Translations under genes and position numbers: made by a program
Notes under the pieces: model-generated
Told to the model about the DNA's origin: nothing
The model's input: only the letters and a program-made list of their open reading frames with translations
Database searches by the model: none
In this document: piece by piece, positions 38,734 through 52,040 of the stretch
How positions within the stretch are numbered: position 1 is the stretch's first letter
Layout: every line of letters begins with the position of its first letter
Source: Hydrolagus affinis
Taxonomy: Eukaryota
Direction: 5' to 3'
Assembly (NCBI GenBank): GCA_012026655.1
Contig: JAAILG010000003.1
Location: 62,001 to 126,000, forward strand
DNA: 64,000 nucleotides

Positions 38734-38901
38734 CACCAATACCACAATGATAAAATGTACTGAGTAAGGCATTTATTTAACAAAGCAATAAACTCCAGTG
38801 CGTCAGCTTGACTTAAGCACCAATACCACAATGATAAAATGCACTGAGTAGGGCATTGATTCAACAAAGCAGTAAACTACAGTGTGTCAGTGTGTGACTT
38901 A
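38734..38901 (+). repeat. Tandem duplication, 2 x ~84 bp
   Basis: caccaataccacaatgataaaatgYactgagtaRggcatt... begins at both 38734 and 38818. Confidence 0.95.
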
Positions 38902-39260
38902 GTTGATAGCCTGCTTGCCTTTGGGTTAAAAGGCTGTGGTTTCAAGCTTCGTATCAGGAATTTGAGCTCCCATTCTAGGCAAATAGGCCAGCACAGAGTT
39001 GGTTGGGTTAGCTGCATGATTAGAGGTTCTGTATTTCACTGAGACAGAAAACCAAGGTCCTGTCCACCCATTCAAGTGGACATTGAAACTGATGGTCTTC
39101 AAAAAGAAGAGGGGGCTACTCTTAGTATCCAGGTCAACAATCCTCCAGATAAACTTGTTATTTACTTCATGACTGTGGAATATTTGATTGCACAAATTAG
39201 CTGCAGCATATGCCAACAAATACATAATCTGAGAACTTTTGGAAAGTGCAATACTGTATT
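38885..39260 (+). mobile_element. Decayed Deu-domain SINE
   Basis: gacttagttgatagcctgcttgcctttgggttaaaaggctgtggtttcaag head; aaaccaaggtcctgtc...aagtggacattgaaa...caaaagaagagggg core; gcacaaattagctgc tail. Confidence 0.7.
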
Positions 39261-40555
39261 TAGTTGTCTATTGACAACACTGTATGTGGACACTGGCTTT
39301 CCAAAGGAATGAGAGGAGCACTTCACAGATGATTTCCATTGCAAATTAACTTAGAATACTGTTGGATAAACAGAATTTGTTTGGGATGTTTATACATGTT
39401 TCTGTACATTTTGTACTCTGCACTGAGAAATACTAGAATTTGAATATGGGATTCATTTAGGCAATAACACTGCTTTGTTCAACATTACTCTATCCAATAG
39501 ATACCCCCCACGAGTAATGTGGTCCATTTCAAAATGGTTTGAAATTTGCCAATGGTACTGTACCTCCTTTCTTATTAATTGGATTACTAGCTGCAACTAG
39601 ATAGGTCATGAACTATATATGATTTCAACAGAAAGGTAACAAGGTTTTCATGTTTAATCACTCCAGGTTATAAATCTCCCTTACATGATTGCCATTTTGG
39701 CAAAAACTCAAGACTCTGCTAATCAATCTCCTAATATACAAGTGCCAAAGCATTTGCAGCAACCACAATTTACCAGGGGAAAACAAATTATGCAGAGGAA
39801 AATGGGTGAATTTGACTTTTATTCCAATATAAAGCAAAATGGTTACAAATACCAGGTACTTGCAACTAGATGTCACTACAAGGCTTTCAAAATATTATTA
39901 TGTAGAATTCTATGGCTATCTTATGACAACAGCAGGGCACTACATAAATTTAGGAATTAAATAAGGGAATTATTTTGCTTCAGTAGTTCAATGCAAAGCA
40001 TTTCCTGATGTAGGCCATTCTGCTCAAACTTACCAAAGTTGTTGTTGAATTCTTGTAAATCACTAATGCAACTTTAAATAATAAATAAATTGCAGAACAA
40101 ATTATGCATAGAAAAGTGCATTATTTATAAATGCATAACGTCAAGTTAGTTAAACACGGCAAAGAAATAGAATGACTCTGATGGCAGCAGATTGAACTTT
40201 CTAAAACCTACAGTCTTCAGCAAACTACTTGCAAAATAAAAAAGGGTTTTAAAAAGTTTTGGCGTCAAAACGTTTAAAAATGTATACATCAGAAAGACTT
40301 TAAAAAGTCTAACTTCTCAGGAGAGAAGGTCACAGAACTTTAAAAGACCAGTAATTGAAATAAGAAAGTTGAACAGTTTGGATATATTACAGGAACAGGA
40401 ATTTATGCTGGAAGAACTTTTTTTCACTGGCTGTTTAATCTCAGAGGGCACATAACTAGAATTCTCAGATTGCAGTTTCCCAAAAAGAGATCAGAATTAG
40501 ATGCAGCAACAGCACAATCTCCCATAATCCCCTTAAAAAAAACAATGCCACTTAC

Positions 40556-40635
40556 CTTGACCCTTGTGGTTCACTTCTTTGGCCACAATAACTTTATTGA
40601 TAACAGTCTGAAGGAAGTCATTCTCCCCTGCTACC
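40556..40635 (-). CDS. DOCK1: DOCK1 exon 12, short form (80 nt) VAGENDFLQTVINKVIVAKEVNHKGQ(G)
   Basis: ttttcacccag|G acceptor, AAG|gtaagt donor; matches the canonical human peptide. Confidence 0.9.
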
Positions 40636-40698
40636 CTGGGTGAAAAACGGGATGATATGTTCAGCTGCTTGTGTCGAATGGCTTCATCCAACGCTAGC
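40556..40698 (-). CDS. DOCK1: DOCK1 exon 12, long form (143 nt), adds 21 aa LALDEAIRHKQLNISSRFSPR
   Basis: Second acceptor cctccag|G exactly 63 nt upstream, in frame and stop-free; peptide resembles the insertion I recall in the long human isoform (LALDDAIRHKPLNMSSRFSPR). Confidence 0.85.
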
Positions 40699-41214
40699 CT
40701 GGAGGATGCACATGATAACCAACACCACAGAGGGAACAGAGGGACCAGAAGTCACAGTACAAGGGGAGACAGAAAACCATTGCAATAAATGCAACAAACA
40801 GTTATCATTAGCAACATACGACACAGGACAGATGGTTAACAAGAAAGATACAGGAACATCGATTAATCAAGAAAATGCTGAATGCACGAGAATACATGCA
40901 AAACTGCATCATTAACACAGAAATCTTCAAGCTTAAAATCCTCCCCCAGGAGCATATGGAGAAAAGAATCATCCAATATGCACGTACAATCAGAATGGAT
41001 TGCTGCTTTGTTGCAAAAATGCTTTCATATCGCAGTGCAGCCATTCCAAGATCAGTGCCCATAAGAAACACAATCATTCATCTGACTCGCTCATCCCCAG
41101 GATAGGTAAGAATTCTAAATTTAAAGGCTGCAAGTGGAACAACCCTGAATGGATGATCTACATATGCTCCAAATTTATTTTGAGCTGACCAAGTTTTAGT
41201 CACTGTACCTCTAC

Positions 41215-41450
41215 TCTCTGGATTTACCTTCCAAAATCCCATTACCTCACACTCCCCACCTCCCGCTATTAAAACCTTTCTTTAAAACCTTCCCTTTTGA
41301 TCATTCCTTCGAGTCAACAACTACAACCCCCGACCTCTCATCCCTCTCCACCTCCCTCATCTCACTTTCCTTGGGTTCTATTCACTGATTATGAAACCAT
41401 TTGAGACACCAGCATACTTGAAAGACTATGTAACTGTTGTTACTGTTGTA
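41215..41450 (+). mobile_element. Decayed L2 3' end
   Basis: ttaaaacctttctttaaaaccttcccttttgatcattcctt...atttgagacac...gaaagactatgtaactgttgttactgttg. Confidence 0.6.
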
Positions 41451-44244
41451 ATTTGGATTAAGTGTGCTCCATGTTCTTGGGATTCTTAAAAACAAATTAT
41501 AAGCAAGAAAATAAAGAGCTACAGGAAATGGGTAGAAAGAATGTGCCCGATGATAAGAAACTAGTCATAAATATAAATACTTATCAACTCTAAAGGGTCC
41601 AAAACTTTACAAAAGATTGAAAATAGATTTGCACAATATATCTATAATTGACTTAGTAGCATACACATTAAAAACTTCAAAATATACATTTGTGGTAAAG
41701 GACTAAATGGTGACTAGTTATTAATCACCCATGTATGAATAAAAACGCGACTTTTAATATTGAAGTTTTTAAAATAGTGATCTAATATTTGTGCAACTCA
41801 AATATTTGTGCAAACATCAATAATCTCAACACCTAAACTATATTGCAAGCATAGATTTGAGACTTTTTTTTAAAAAAAACATCAATGAGAATAATGGTGA
41901 AAATTCTAAATACCCAATTACTGAAACATGTCAATAACAACAGAGCAGCAAAAGAACATGAATAAAAATGTATTGGTAGATGATATATATATATACATTA
42001 AAACTGAGTACAGTAATTAACCAATAGCATTATTCTTTGCTATTGGAAGAATTCCCATAATGAGCACATAAATCCAATATGTTGTTATGAAGAGGCACCA
42101 GTTATTCTTAACCAACAGAATGACCAGCTGTATATTTAAAGCTGCAGTTGTGATCAAAAGACAATTTCCATCAAATCTAGCTGCTCATTGCCATACAATA
42201 TCTATATTATGTTTGAAGACTTTTTTTTATTTTTAAAAAAAAGGTCAGTGCGGACTTGCAAGGCATTTGATTGAGACACTGAATGAAACAGAGTGAAAGG
42301 GAGTAGAAATTTTGGAATCATTTTTATTCATCCTATGCTAGATTTCTTAAATACTTTAATTTGAATATAAATAATCCTTAATTTAAAAATGAACAGGTTA
42401 TCTGATTTGGGAAATCCTCATCACAACACTTTCTCCTTAAAGATATTTCTCATCAAAAACTTAATCTCATCAATTGTATATAAAGCCTTGCATTAAATGT
42501 GCCTCCTCCATTATTACAAAGTAGTATAAAAAGAGTAAGGCAGGAGAATAGACTGTTTGACCCACTGAAGCCTTACAGTTTGAGGCCATTCGTACTATCT
42601 CATCAAGTTGCATTTCCAACAACTCCTACTCATTCCCAATTTCTTACTTGGCATTTTACTGCAAACGTGTGTTACTGTTTCAGTTAAGGTGTTTCCCTAA
42701 CATGTGTTGTGAATGTACATCTTGGCAATGAGTAACCTGGATTTATTCATCCTCACCAATAAATAATTTACACACTTCATTTTATGCCCCTGACCAACGT
42801 CCTTTCATTTGCACTAGACATTAACACTTCATCAAATAGCACTTGTCATCAGAAAATGACATCGGAGGCATGCAATAAAAGGACATGAAATAAATGCCAC
42901 AGGTGGAGAGGAAACAGTTCAAATGCAGCCCTTCGGGTGCATTAAATATTGTAGACCGATTCATCTACTTTTTTTTATTTGAGTGGCATTTTGTAAATAT
43001 CCTGCATGCTGGAATCTCCAATAAGCTTTAAATATTCAAACAATTCAGACTTGTGCTTGATTATTTGATTAGATTTTATAAGTGGAAAATAAGAGAATTA
43101 CTCAGGGAGTAAAAGAAAGGCTGAAACTTTACATTTTGGAATGCCTAATGATGTTTGTAAGCAGTCACTGTGATTTTCGCAGGCTTATTGTAGTGATATC
43201 ACTAAGAGGTCTATGTCACCATAGCAATAACTTGGAAGAGCATCGAGAACACTCAAATATGAATCAATGTTTTCCCCCAAATAAAGATCTTCAGTGAATC
43301 CTAACATGGGATTTTACAGTACATTATACAGTATTGTATTGCTGAAATCTCATGTTCTACAATTTATTTCATTCTTTCCTTCTAAATAAATGGAAAGTGA
43401 GTAAATTCATGTTGCCACAGGTTAGAGATCAGCATCTTACGTTTAAATTTTTTTTTGTGTGCAATTCATCTTGATATCTTTGTCTAAATATCTTTATCTG
43501 AATTGATTTTAATGCCTTTACAAATCAATTCAGATATTTTCTGGTTAGAAAAAATATTGGATCAGTAGCTTTCTTTATTATTTGTAACCACACTTGAGAA
43601 ATTAATTTAGCTGTTTCAATTGAGCCTGATGTGCAATTGTGATGTTGCACATTAATAAAAACTGCAAAGCAACACAAAAGTGCGAAGGTGCCAAATCTCA
43701 GTTCAAGCGTAAATCCTAAATCAGAGAAATTAGGGAGGTAAAGCACACAGAATTGACAGTGCGTCAAGCGGAGATTATGTAAAACAGATAATTATTTGCA
43801 TATTTGCAAAATGTAATTATTAACATAAAATGTGATATCGAACACATCATGCCATTCTTTGATTCAAGCTTCGCTTTCATATGTATTAGTCCTCTATACT
43901 GAAGTCAATTGTATAGCTAGGATACCTCACGAATTCTTTCAACAAAATATGCATGAGAGCTTGGAAGCCACAAACTGACAGAACACAAACATGTGTAATG
44001 TTAAAAACTTCAAAGCTATGCCAAGTCACGTAGGGAACCACAGATAGGCTAGGAGAGAATTTTACATTCGAACTTCAAATTATTGGAAAGAACACACAGA
44101 AAATAGGTAACCTGACATTTGTCCTTCCCTTCCTTAATCTCTGCATGCAAAGAATCTGCATGCAGGTTTCCAAGAATCTATAACTTCATGACAATCTAGA
44201 AGTGAAAGAAAATTCAACTACCACCTTTTGCTTAACAATACACC

Positions 44245-44830
44245 AATAACAATAACTTGCATTCATATACTACCCTCCACACCAGCTGACATCTCAAAAG
44301 CGCTTAACAATGGCAGAGCCGAGCAAGGGGGAGGGGGAAGGTGACCACAGGTGTGGTCGAAGAGGAAGATCTTCGGGCGTGACCCTGAAGATGGGAAAGA
44401 AGAGGATGAGGCAAAGGGGTTGAGGGAGCGAGTTCCAAAGTTTCAGGGTTTAGTGACTGATGGCAAAGCTGCCGATGATGGAGAGGAGGATTCGGGTGAC
44501 AAAGAGGAGGCTGGACCCAGTAGAACTTAGGGAGCAGGTACTCCTATGAGGAGAGAGAGGTAGGGAGGTGCAAGGAATGGAGGGATTTAAACACCAGAGT
44601 GAGGATCTTGGAAGTCAATCTGCTCTATGACAAGGAACCAATGGAGTTTGGCAAGAACTAGGGTAATTGGGTTACAAAGTTTGATGTGGATGAGAACTCG
44701 GGGAGTGGAGTTTGGAATGACCTGAATTTTGTGAATATGGAGGGGGTAGACAGACAGAGAAAGCATTAAGAGTAGACCAGTCGAGAGGTGACATAGGCAT
44801 AGAAAAAGGTTTTGCCAGCTTTTGGGATGA
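44245..44830 (-). mobile_element. L2 LINE 3' fragment
   Basis: ORF 44587..44964 includes LHIHKIQVIPNSTPRVL....PITLVLAKLHWFLVIEQIDF (L2 ORF2 C-terminus); tail caataacaataacttgcattcatata. Confidence 0.85.
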
Positions 44831-44899
44831 GGTATTGTCGGAATATGCCTTTTGCTTAACATACATTTAGAAAATGTCAGGAATGCTGAATCTCTTTTG

Positions 44900-45108
44900 T
44901 CCTCCACCCCATAAAAGTGTTCTAAGACATCCTCCTGATACGAAAGGAGTTTTCCTAAATGCAAGGATTATTTTATATTATTAAGAGGAAGAAATCATGG
45001 CTAGGTACCGCCTCCCTCTCCACCTGGCTCGGGTTAAGACTCCCCCACTGTCAAGCGCTCCGGGATGCTAGCTGTGTGAAGGGCACTATATAAATGCAAG
45101 TTGTTGAT
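44900..45108 (+). mobile_element. SINE tail (~44900-44983) followed by L2 3' tail (~45005-45108)
   Basis: aaatgcaaggattattttatattatt; then agcgctccgggatgct...gtgaagggcactatataaatgcaagttgttg. Confidence 0.7.
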
Positions 45109-46630
45109 GTACTGCTTCTGCCACAGTATCTGCCGACTTTGCCCAAATTCACCAGTTACTCAGAGATCTCCGATTAACTAGTAACACAGGCAACTGATGT
45201 GAAATTGTTACCTCAAAGATAGTGTGCAAGCAAACCAGATGGCTGAAATTGTGCAAGCCAACATAGACCGATTGACAATTACCTGAATTACAAGTGTACA
45301 CTATCGATGTTCAACCATGGGTGAATACATCCTTGAGCTGAAATCGCAGCTTTGGCTGAACTGGAAATGGTTGGACTTTTATTCATATCAAATAGCAAAG
45401 GTGCAATACCCTGGAAGATTGACACAGCATTCATTTTGTGGATATCCATGACTTATTACTGGAACAACTTGGAAGTCAGAGCAAAATAATATTTTGCAGC
45501 ACATAATTCGATTCCCTACAACAGCCCGGGTGACTGCCAGGTCAATGTAGGAGGATTGCTTTGGACAAACCATACCCAATAAAAAGCTGAACAAGTTGAG
45601 AGAAACTCATCTAAATACAGCTCCTCATTTCCCATGTGCATTCACTTTATCCAAAAACTTTCCTTAGCCAAGGATGCAGTAGACATAAATCTAGTAATTA
45701 ATCCAAATTCAGAATACTTCAGGTGAGTCGACAGATGACTGGTAGAACAGAAACATGCCTAAGGCACACAGTACAGTGAGTCTGGTTGGCAATGAAAGGC
45801 AGACCATTCTATCACTCTACTGTCACGGAAAGAATGCCTCGAAATGCTTTGCGCCAAGATTTCTATAAAGAAAGTGTGGTTTCCTTACTTGACAGGCTGT
45901 GAAGTGAAAGATTTCATTGAAGTGCCAGGACCAATCCATACCAGAAATGTTAAAGGTTGAGAACAATGATGGAGGTGGCTGTGGGGAATCTGATTGAAGC
46001 AGAATTCAGTTCAACCAGCTCATCTTTCAGAGAGCAGCCCCCTTTCGTTCTAGATTCCTTACCTCATTAGCTGGGCCAATAGAAAAGTGCAGCTGCTATT
46101 TTTTCCACTGAAGTCGCTATAAACTATCCCCTCTGCTACAAACCACCTCTCCACTGGAAACAAACCCTCCACCACAAACACCCACCCCTCCACTACAAAC
46201 AGTCCAGCAACAAAATTACATTAGTGTAGCTCCTTTCACTAGACAATCGCCTATGCTTCAAGGCAATACAAAAATGCAAGTTTATTTTTTCTTTATCACT
46301 GTAATTTGAATACAAATGATGTGTTGTCCTGTTAGTTTCGATTGATTCTACTTAAAATGCAGTGTGTTCTGCCCCGGGCTGTTTACTCGACACCATTACT
46401 GTAGGTGGAGCGGGTCTGGAGGCACATGTGCTGTGTGGCGAGAACGGGAGATAAGTTTCGCTCACCCTCAGGCCCCGCTGTTGTGATTGTCTGGTGTCTC
46501 TCTGTGTGACTAAGTGTATGTGCACGTGAATATGTCTTTTAAAACAACACCACGATCTTCAAGGCCTATCTGAAGACAAAACCCTGCCACTATAATACCA
46601 AGCAACAATAGAAACAGTCACTTATTATTA

Positions 46631-47006
46631 CAGTAAAAGCTTGGTTATCCGGCATTCTCAGGACCTCACCGTGCTGTTTAATCAAATATGCCGGATATTC
46701 GAGCAAGTTGCCAAAAATCCTACACCAAAAATGAACATATTTTAAAACATACCATATTAATAATAGACTAAATAATAATAGAATAATGTATGGATACTTA
46801 GCAATAAAGCATTCCAACACACTTGGTAAAATGAATGGTGAAACAAAAATTCCAGCATTTGTTAAGTTTAATAAGTGAGCAAACTCGTGAGTGTCCCGGA
46901 TGGCTCTGGTATGAGATCCGTTTGCTGGAATGGTGAATTGTATTGGGAGATACCGGTTGGTTGAGCGTTCCGATTGGTTAGGTGCCTTATAAACAAGCTT
47001 TTACTG
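46631..47006. mobile_element. Tigger/pogo-like MITE, 376 bp
   Basis: TIRs CAGTAAAAGCTTGGTTATCCGGCA / CAGTAAAAGCTTGTTTATAAGGCA; TA target duplication on both sides (46629-30, 47007-08). Confidence 0.9.
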
Positions 47007-48193
47007 TACAATAATTTAACAGTTGTAAATCTGAGTTAGATTCAGAAATTGTAAATGCATTTTGCTGGTTGCAGATAATCTGTCTTTTGTGCCTTGAATC
47101 CTTGCCCCTACACCTCAATAACTGCTTGTGTGAATCAGTTGGTCAGTCACACGTGAAAGGACTCCCTAGTGGTTTAAAAAAATACTGATGGATTCCCATG
47201 ATGCTAAAGTAAAACTCATGAATTATCTTTTTGTGTTACTGAACAAAATGAAGTGAGGACAAAACAAATTGGGAATTTCACTGATCTGTGAAAACCAATC
47301 TGTGCTGAACTCCTTGCTTCAACATGCCACATACATAAGAGTTACACATATGAGCTTCTTTTCAAAGGGATCAGAATTGCATGTAGTGGTAATTAATCTA
47401 CCGGTACCGAACTTCTCAAAACAGTTAAAACGCTATTAGTTAGGCAGCATGAATGCAGAGTGTATGCCTCATTGCACAGTGGTTGTAAAGCACGGAATTG
47501 TGTCCAGAATTATCAACTGCAATTTATGAAGCTCGCCCTCAGGAAGCGACAAGTGAAGACCAAATGCATCCCTGAGAGATGCGACTTGTTTGGTTAAAAC
47601 TGAAAGGAGTTACTGTTAATGGACTCAAACGTCTTACAGTGGCTAATTCAAGTGTGGCAGAATCCAGGGAATGGATTTTCCGCTTGGTCTCTCAATTGGG
47701 GATAATGCATGAAAAGGGGGGCGTGGATGGAAACTTCTAAAGAAAGAGTCCTGTACCAAATTAGGATACTGTACTTGCACGTAATCCATCATCTTATAAA
47801 AAAAAAACACGTATTCTGAAGAAAGGTAGCTGCAGTATTTTAGATGAGGGCAGTACAAAATACTTTTCTTTAAAAATATAATTGATTTGTGTACAATTTT
47901 AAAATCATGATATCCATCACATTTTCCTTTGTGGCAACTTGGCATTTAAAGAATGGATTGGTGCCATCATAATTCGAAGAGGTCTGTAAATACCCTCAGA
48001 AATTGCATGAGATATTTTGGGAGTTAGCACATTTATAGCCTATATGCGTATCCAACCTCGGTTTAGATGAAGTAGCCACAAAATGTAAGCAGATGTTATC
48101 TCTTTCCAAAGATTAATGAACAAAACAAATAATTTCTGCTGACAGTAGAATGTCTGACAACTCCCTGATCAACCCAGACGTTAGGCTACTTAC

Positions 48194-48266
48194 GGTTGGA
48201 ATGGAATGAAGTGCTGTTTGTCCTCATCATCAATTTTGCCTTTGATTATGTCAGTGACATCCATGA
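48194..48266 (-). CDS. DOCK1: DOCK1 exon 11 (73 nt) [23 protein letters not shown](P)
   Basis: tttcag|TC acceptor, CC|gtaagt donor. Confidence 0.95.
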
Positions 48267-48417
48267 CTGAAATTAACAAAAAGTGGGAAGACAAATTTAA
48301 CTGCCTTCTTTACAAAAAGTAAAAATGACTGCTTCAGGATATTTTAAATCCCAGTGTACTTCTACATTCAGCTAATTGCAATCCATTTATTTAATTTTAA
48401 TTACAATTAGGAATTGT

Positions 48418-48725
48418 CGCACTCTCACCTCTGAGTCACAAGGCTGTGTGCTGAAGCTCTATGTCAGGACTTCAATTCATATAGTCCAGACTGACACTCC
48501 AATGCAATGTTTAGGGTAAATTGCATTGTTGGAAGTGCCGCCCTTTAGCAAAAATGTTAAAACAAGATCTCATCAGCCTGTTTCAGATGGACGTTAAAGG
48601 TCCCATGGCACTGCATAAAGGGAAGGGAGTTCCCTTGGTTTCCTGGCCAACAATCTCCCCAATAAAATTGATTGTTCACTTCATGGCAGTTTATGGGATA
48701 CAGCTATGTATAACGTTTGCCTAAA
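48418..48725 (+). mobile_element. Deu-domain SINE
   Basis: gcactctcacctctgagtcacaagg...ccagactgacactccaatgca...gatggacgttaaaggtcccatggcactg...ttcctggccaaca. Confidence 0.8.
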
Positions 48726-49800
48726 ATATTTTTTTTGCTGGCAGTACAGTACATATTGAACATGAATCAATATTCTAATTTTGCTCAATTTAGGAACACT
48801 TACACAGAGAAGTACTTTTGGAAATGAAATAGATGAAGTAGGCTATGATTATGATGGGGTCTTTGATGGTCTATGGAATTGGTGGGTTTTTGAGGCTAAA
48901 TAGACCTTCCTGAAACCAAATTATACAAGTCCAACCATCATAAAAACTGATAGGTTATGATTAGACTAAGATGATGAGCATCTTAAGTCAAATCATAAAA
49001 CAATAACAAATCCAAACTGTTATATTATTGAATACTGAATGGTTTTTGGGGGCGACGGTAGGAAAACATTATTCTGTTTGAATCAAATGATGCTGGATGG
49101 AATTTGTTCTGAACAAGAAAAGCTCGAGGAAGTTTTGATAAATTTATGTTCGGTTGTCTCCAGCTAGTCAAGGTTACAAGTGCAAGACTTCTACTTGACT
49201 CCTTAGAGGTGTCAGAATTTCTACCATAATCCTCAGCATCTGTCGACATGGTTTCATAGATCGTTTTAGCTGCTTAATAAAACCTGCTGCAACTTCAGAC
49301 CTCGAGGCAGCTTATATCCTATTTAAATTGCACTAAAATATGGAACACACTGCAGCTTTCACTTTTAGACAAATATGCTGAGGTGCTTATCACAGTTTCA
49401 GATAAATGTTTGATTTGGTTTACATGCTGTAGAGCAATTTAGTTTCTTCATATTTTTAACCTTCTTTTGTTACAGTATTATCAGATTATTAAATTGAAGC
49501 ACACCTTCTTTCAACCCTCAATCTTGAAGCCTTCGATGCCTGTTACGTTACTTACTGCTCTGGGCAGAAAAGAGAGTAGAAGGAGCAATGTGAGCAGGAA
49601 CATCTATGACCATCCCAGTCAATTGATTGACATGTAATTTTTTCCCATCCATGGAAATCTTGAAACAGTCGCTTACTTTATATACCATTCAGTCTAGAAA
49701 GTTATTCTACAATTTGAATATTTGAAGAATGCCTGGAAAAAGAAACTGGAAATGACTATTTAGTTAAGTCTTCAAATAATCCTCATGATTATTTTCTTAC

Positions 49801-49936
49801 CTGCTACTCCAAAGGGTCTTCGCAGGCCAGAAGTGAATTTCTTCAAATTATTGTCCTTCAGCTCCATCCGACCCACTCTCACAATTTGGCACACAAAACT
49901 GATTTTTTCTCTTTTAAGATCTTTGCTGCCAAGGTC
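49801..49936 (-). CDS. DOCK1: DOCK1 exon 10 (136 nt) [45 protein letters not shown](V)
   Basis: ttacag|GAC acceptor, CAG|gtaaga donor; within ORF 49772..50041. Confidence 0.95.
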
Positions 49937-50376
49937 CTGTAAGAAATGGACATGTTCCAGTTCATTTACCTTACATGATACAACATTCCATTTTTTAAAA
50001 ATTGCAGAGCTAAGCGTTTTTATTGAAAAAGCAGAACTCATAGATACATTTTTTTTTATTGATCAACTGGGGTGTCTGGCACTTGCAGAAACCCATGACC
50101 ATGCTTAAGAGTATCCAAAACCAAATTGAGATTTCCATGCATTCCACGTACACATGGAAATCCCAGAGATAGATTGTTGGAATGGAATGTGCACTGTCTC
50201 TCTGGAGGGACAAATCCTACTTGCCTAATTCCGGAAAGCATTAGGTGAAGGGTGGCAAGAGTTAAGGCTTGGGGACCTCAAAGTGTGGATTGGGATTCAG
50301 CTGGAGTCTAACCAGCTAGATCCTTTGCGATAAAGTGTGATGTAAAGTATTTATCATAAAAATAAATTTTAAATAC

Positions 50377-50458
50377 CGTAAATACAGCTCGGAGGTTGTT
50401 TAATCGGTCTATTTCTTTTGGAAGCCCCGAGCTTGCCCATCGAACCAGGTAGTTTTCA
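50377..50458 (-). CDS. DOCK1: DOCK1 exon 9 (82 nt) [27 protein letters not shown]
   Basis: tttcag|T acceptor, ACG|gtattt donor; phase consistent. Confidence 0.95.
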
Positions 50459-52040
50459 CTGAAAAAAAACAAGTCGCTTAAACACACATTGCTTCAAATT
50501 CAAACATAGTTGCCATTTTCTGCAGTACTGCCTTCATCCGCCATAAACAGTCGCAGCATCTATTCACTGTTCCCTCTTCCCTTCAGTAAATTAAATAAAA
50601 TGTGAATGAATCTTTAATTTGGATTTTGACACGTCAAGAACCATTTTGGTTCCAGACAAATGAGTGCTGAAATGTACACAACAAATATCTGACTGACCAC
50701 CCATTAGTGCTATTCAATCAATAATACTCGGGATTTCTCAATGAAATTCAGATTATATTTTTTCTGCTCATTTCAGAATGGAAGCTGCATTAAAGTTATG
50801 TAATAGACACATTAAATGCAGGACATCATCCTTCAGGTTATAATTCCCCCTTCATCTAATTAAATTATTTGGTGATAAACTGAAAAATCAAAAATGTGCA
50901 TCATTTGAAAAAAGGAAAATGGGAGAAATGAATGCTGCAGCAATTTTAATTTCCCTCTGGGCAACCTTGATGCGGACCTGAAAACTGCATAGATCAAAAT
51001 TAATGTCACAAAAATTGCAATAGATCCATGGAAAAGTTTGCAAAGGTATTACGCAGCGCTACACAACTATGGTTTGCAGAAGATAGCAAAAGTCCAGCAA
51101 TCATATTTTGAAATATTTAAAATAAACTATTGAGGTCAGAGTAATTTCCATTTGGCCGATGGCTACCCTATAAACATTGCAATGTGATTTGCTCTAAATG
51201 CATTTGTTTTATAATACGTTCACTTTCCTTGAACAGCAATCTTTATTTATCTAAGTCTCAAAAATAAAACATATTCACTTATTTCTGAAGGTAAATGATA
51301 ATGTTCATAATCAGACTGTCGTGTATTGGAATTCCAGGCAATTCCGATTATACAACAAGAAACTCCTACGTGAAAACACTGAAGAGTTTAATTACAAAAT
51401 AACAATAAGAATAATGAAGGTAATTCTCCACTCCCATTTCATTTTCAAATGAGTTAATAGAAACAATTGATGCTGAAGAGTGAAACTGAAAATTTCTGCA
51501 CAGAAGTAACTCGTATGGTAATCATGTCTGTGCCACATTGAATGTTGATCCCTTTCCGAAAAGCTTACATATTTCAGATGGTTAGCATGCTTTACCTCAG
51601 CCTTGTGTCAGTCAATTCAACAATGCTCCGTTGAAATGCATAAGAGCAAAATGCAGTCAATTTCAAGGACTTGCTGCAAAATCTCAGAATATACAAATGC
51701 TCTTCATTTAAGTCTTAAGCAAGCGTTTCCCCCGCTTTCTCCCCCACCCACGCTTGCTAATTTGAATGAAATTACCAGGAATATCACCTTATTTGCTATC
51801 TTCAGCTCGCAAGATTCAAACAATCATTGCCAATACTGACATTTCTCAGCACTGAATAAAAGCAGGCAAATACCAGTAACGACACTAAATACGTGTACCC
51901 AGAATCCCCTCCCCCTCCCCCCCATTAGTCTGGGTAGCCTGGGTTTTATTGTATACTAAATCACCATGGCAATAAACTAAACAGGATTCAGATTTTAAGG
52001 CAGAGGTAAGTCATCTGTCAAAATGAATCTTGTCACCAAC

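Noticed and set aside
43560-43790. Possible old MITE relics here and at ~15700-16000, ~51600-51860, ~61130-61330
   Set aside because: Composition is suggestive, but I could not define TIRs, TSDs or reliable alignments by eye.
46128-46200. CRISPR-like or functional repeat array (ccctccacYacaaac-like units)
   Set aside because: Short degenerate C/A-rich minisatellite in a vertebrate intron; no constant repeats with unique spacers.
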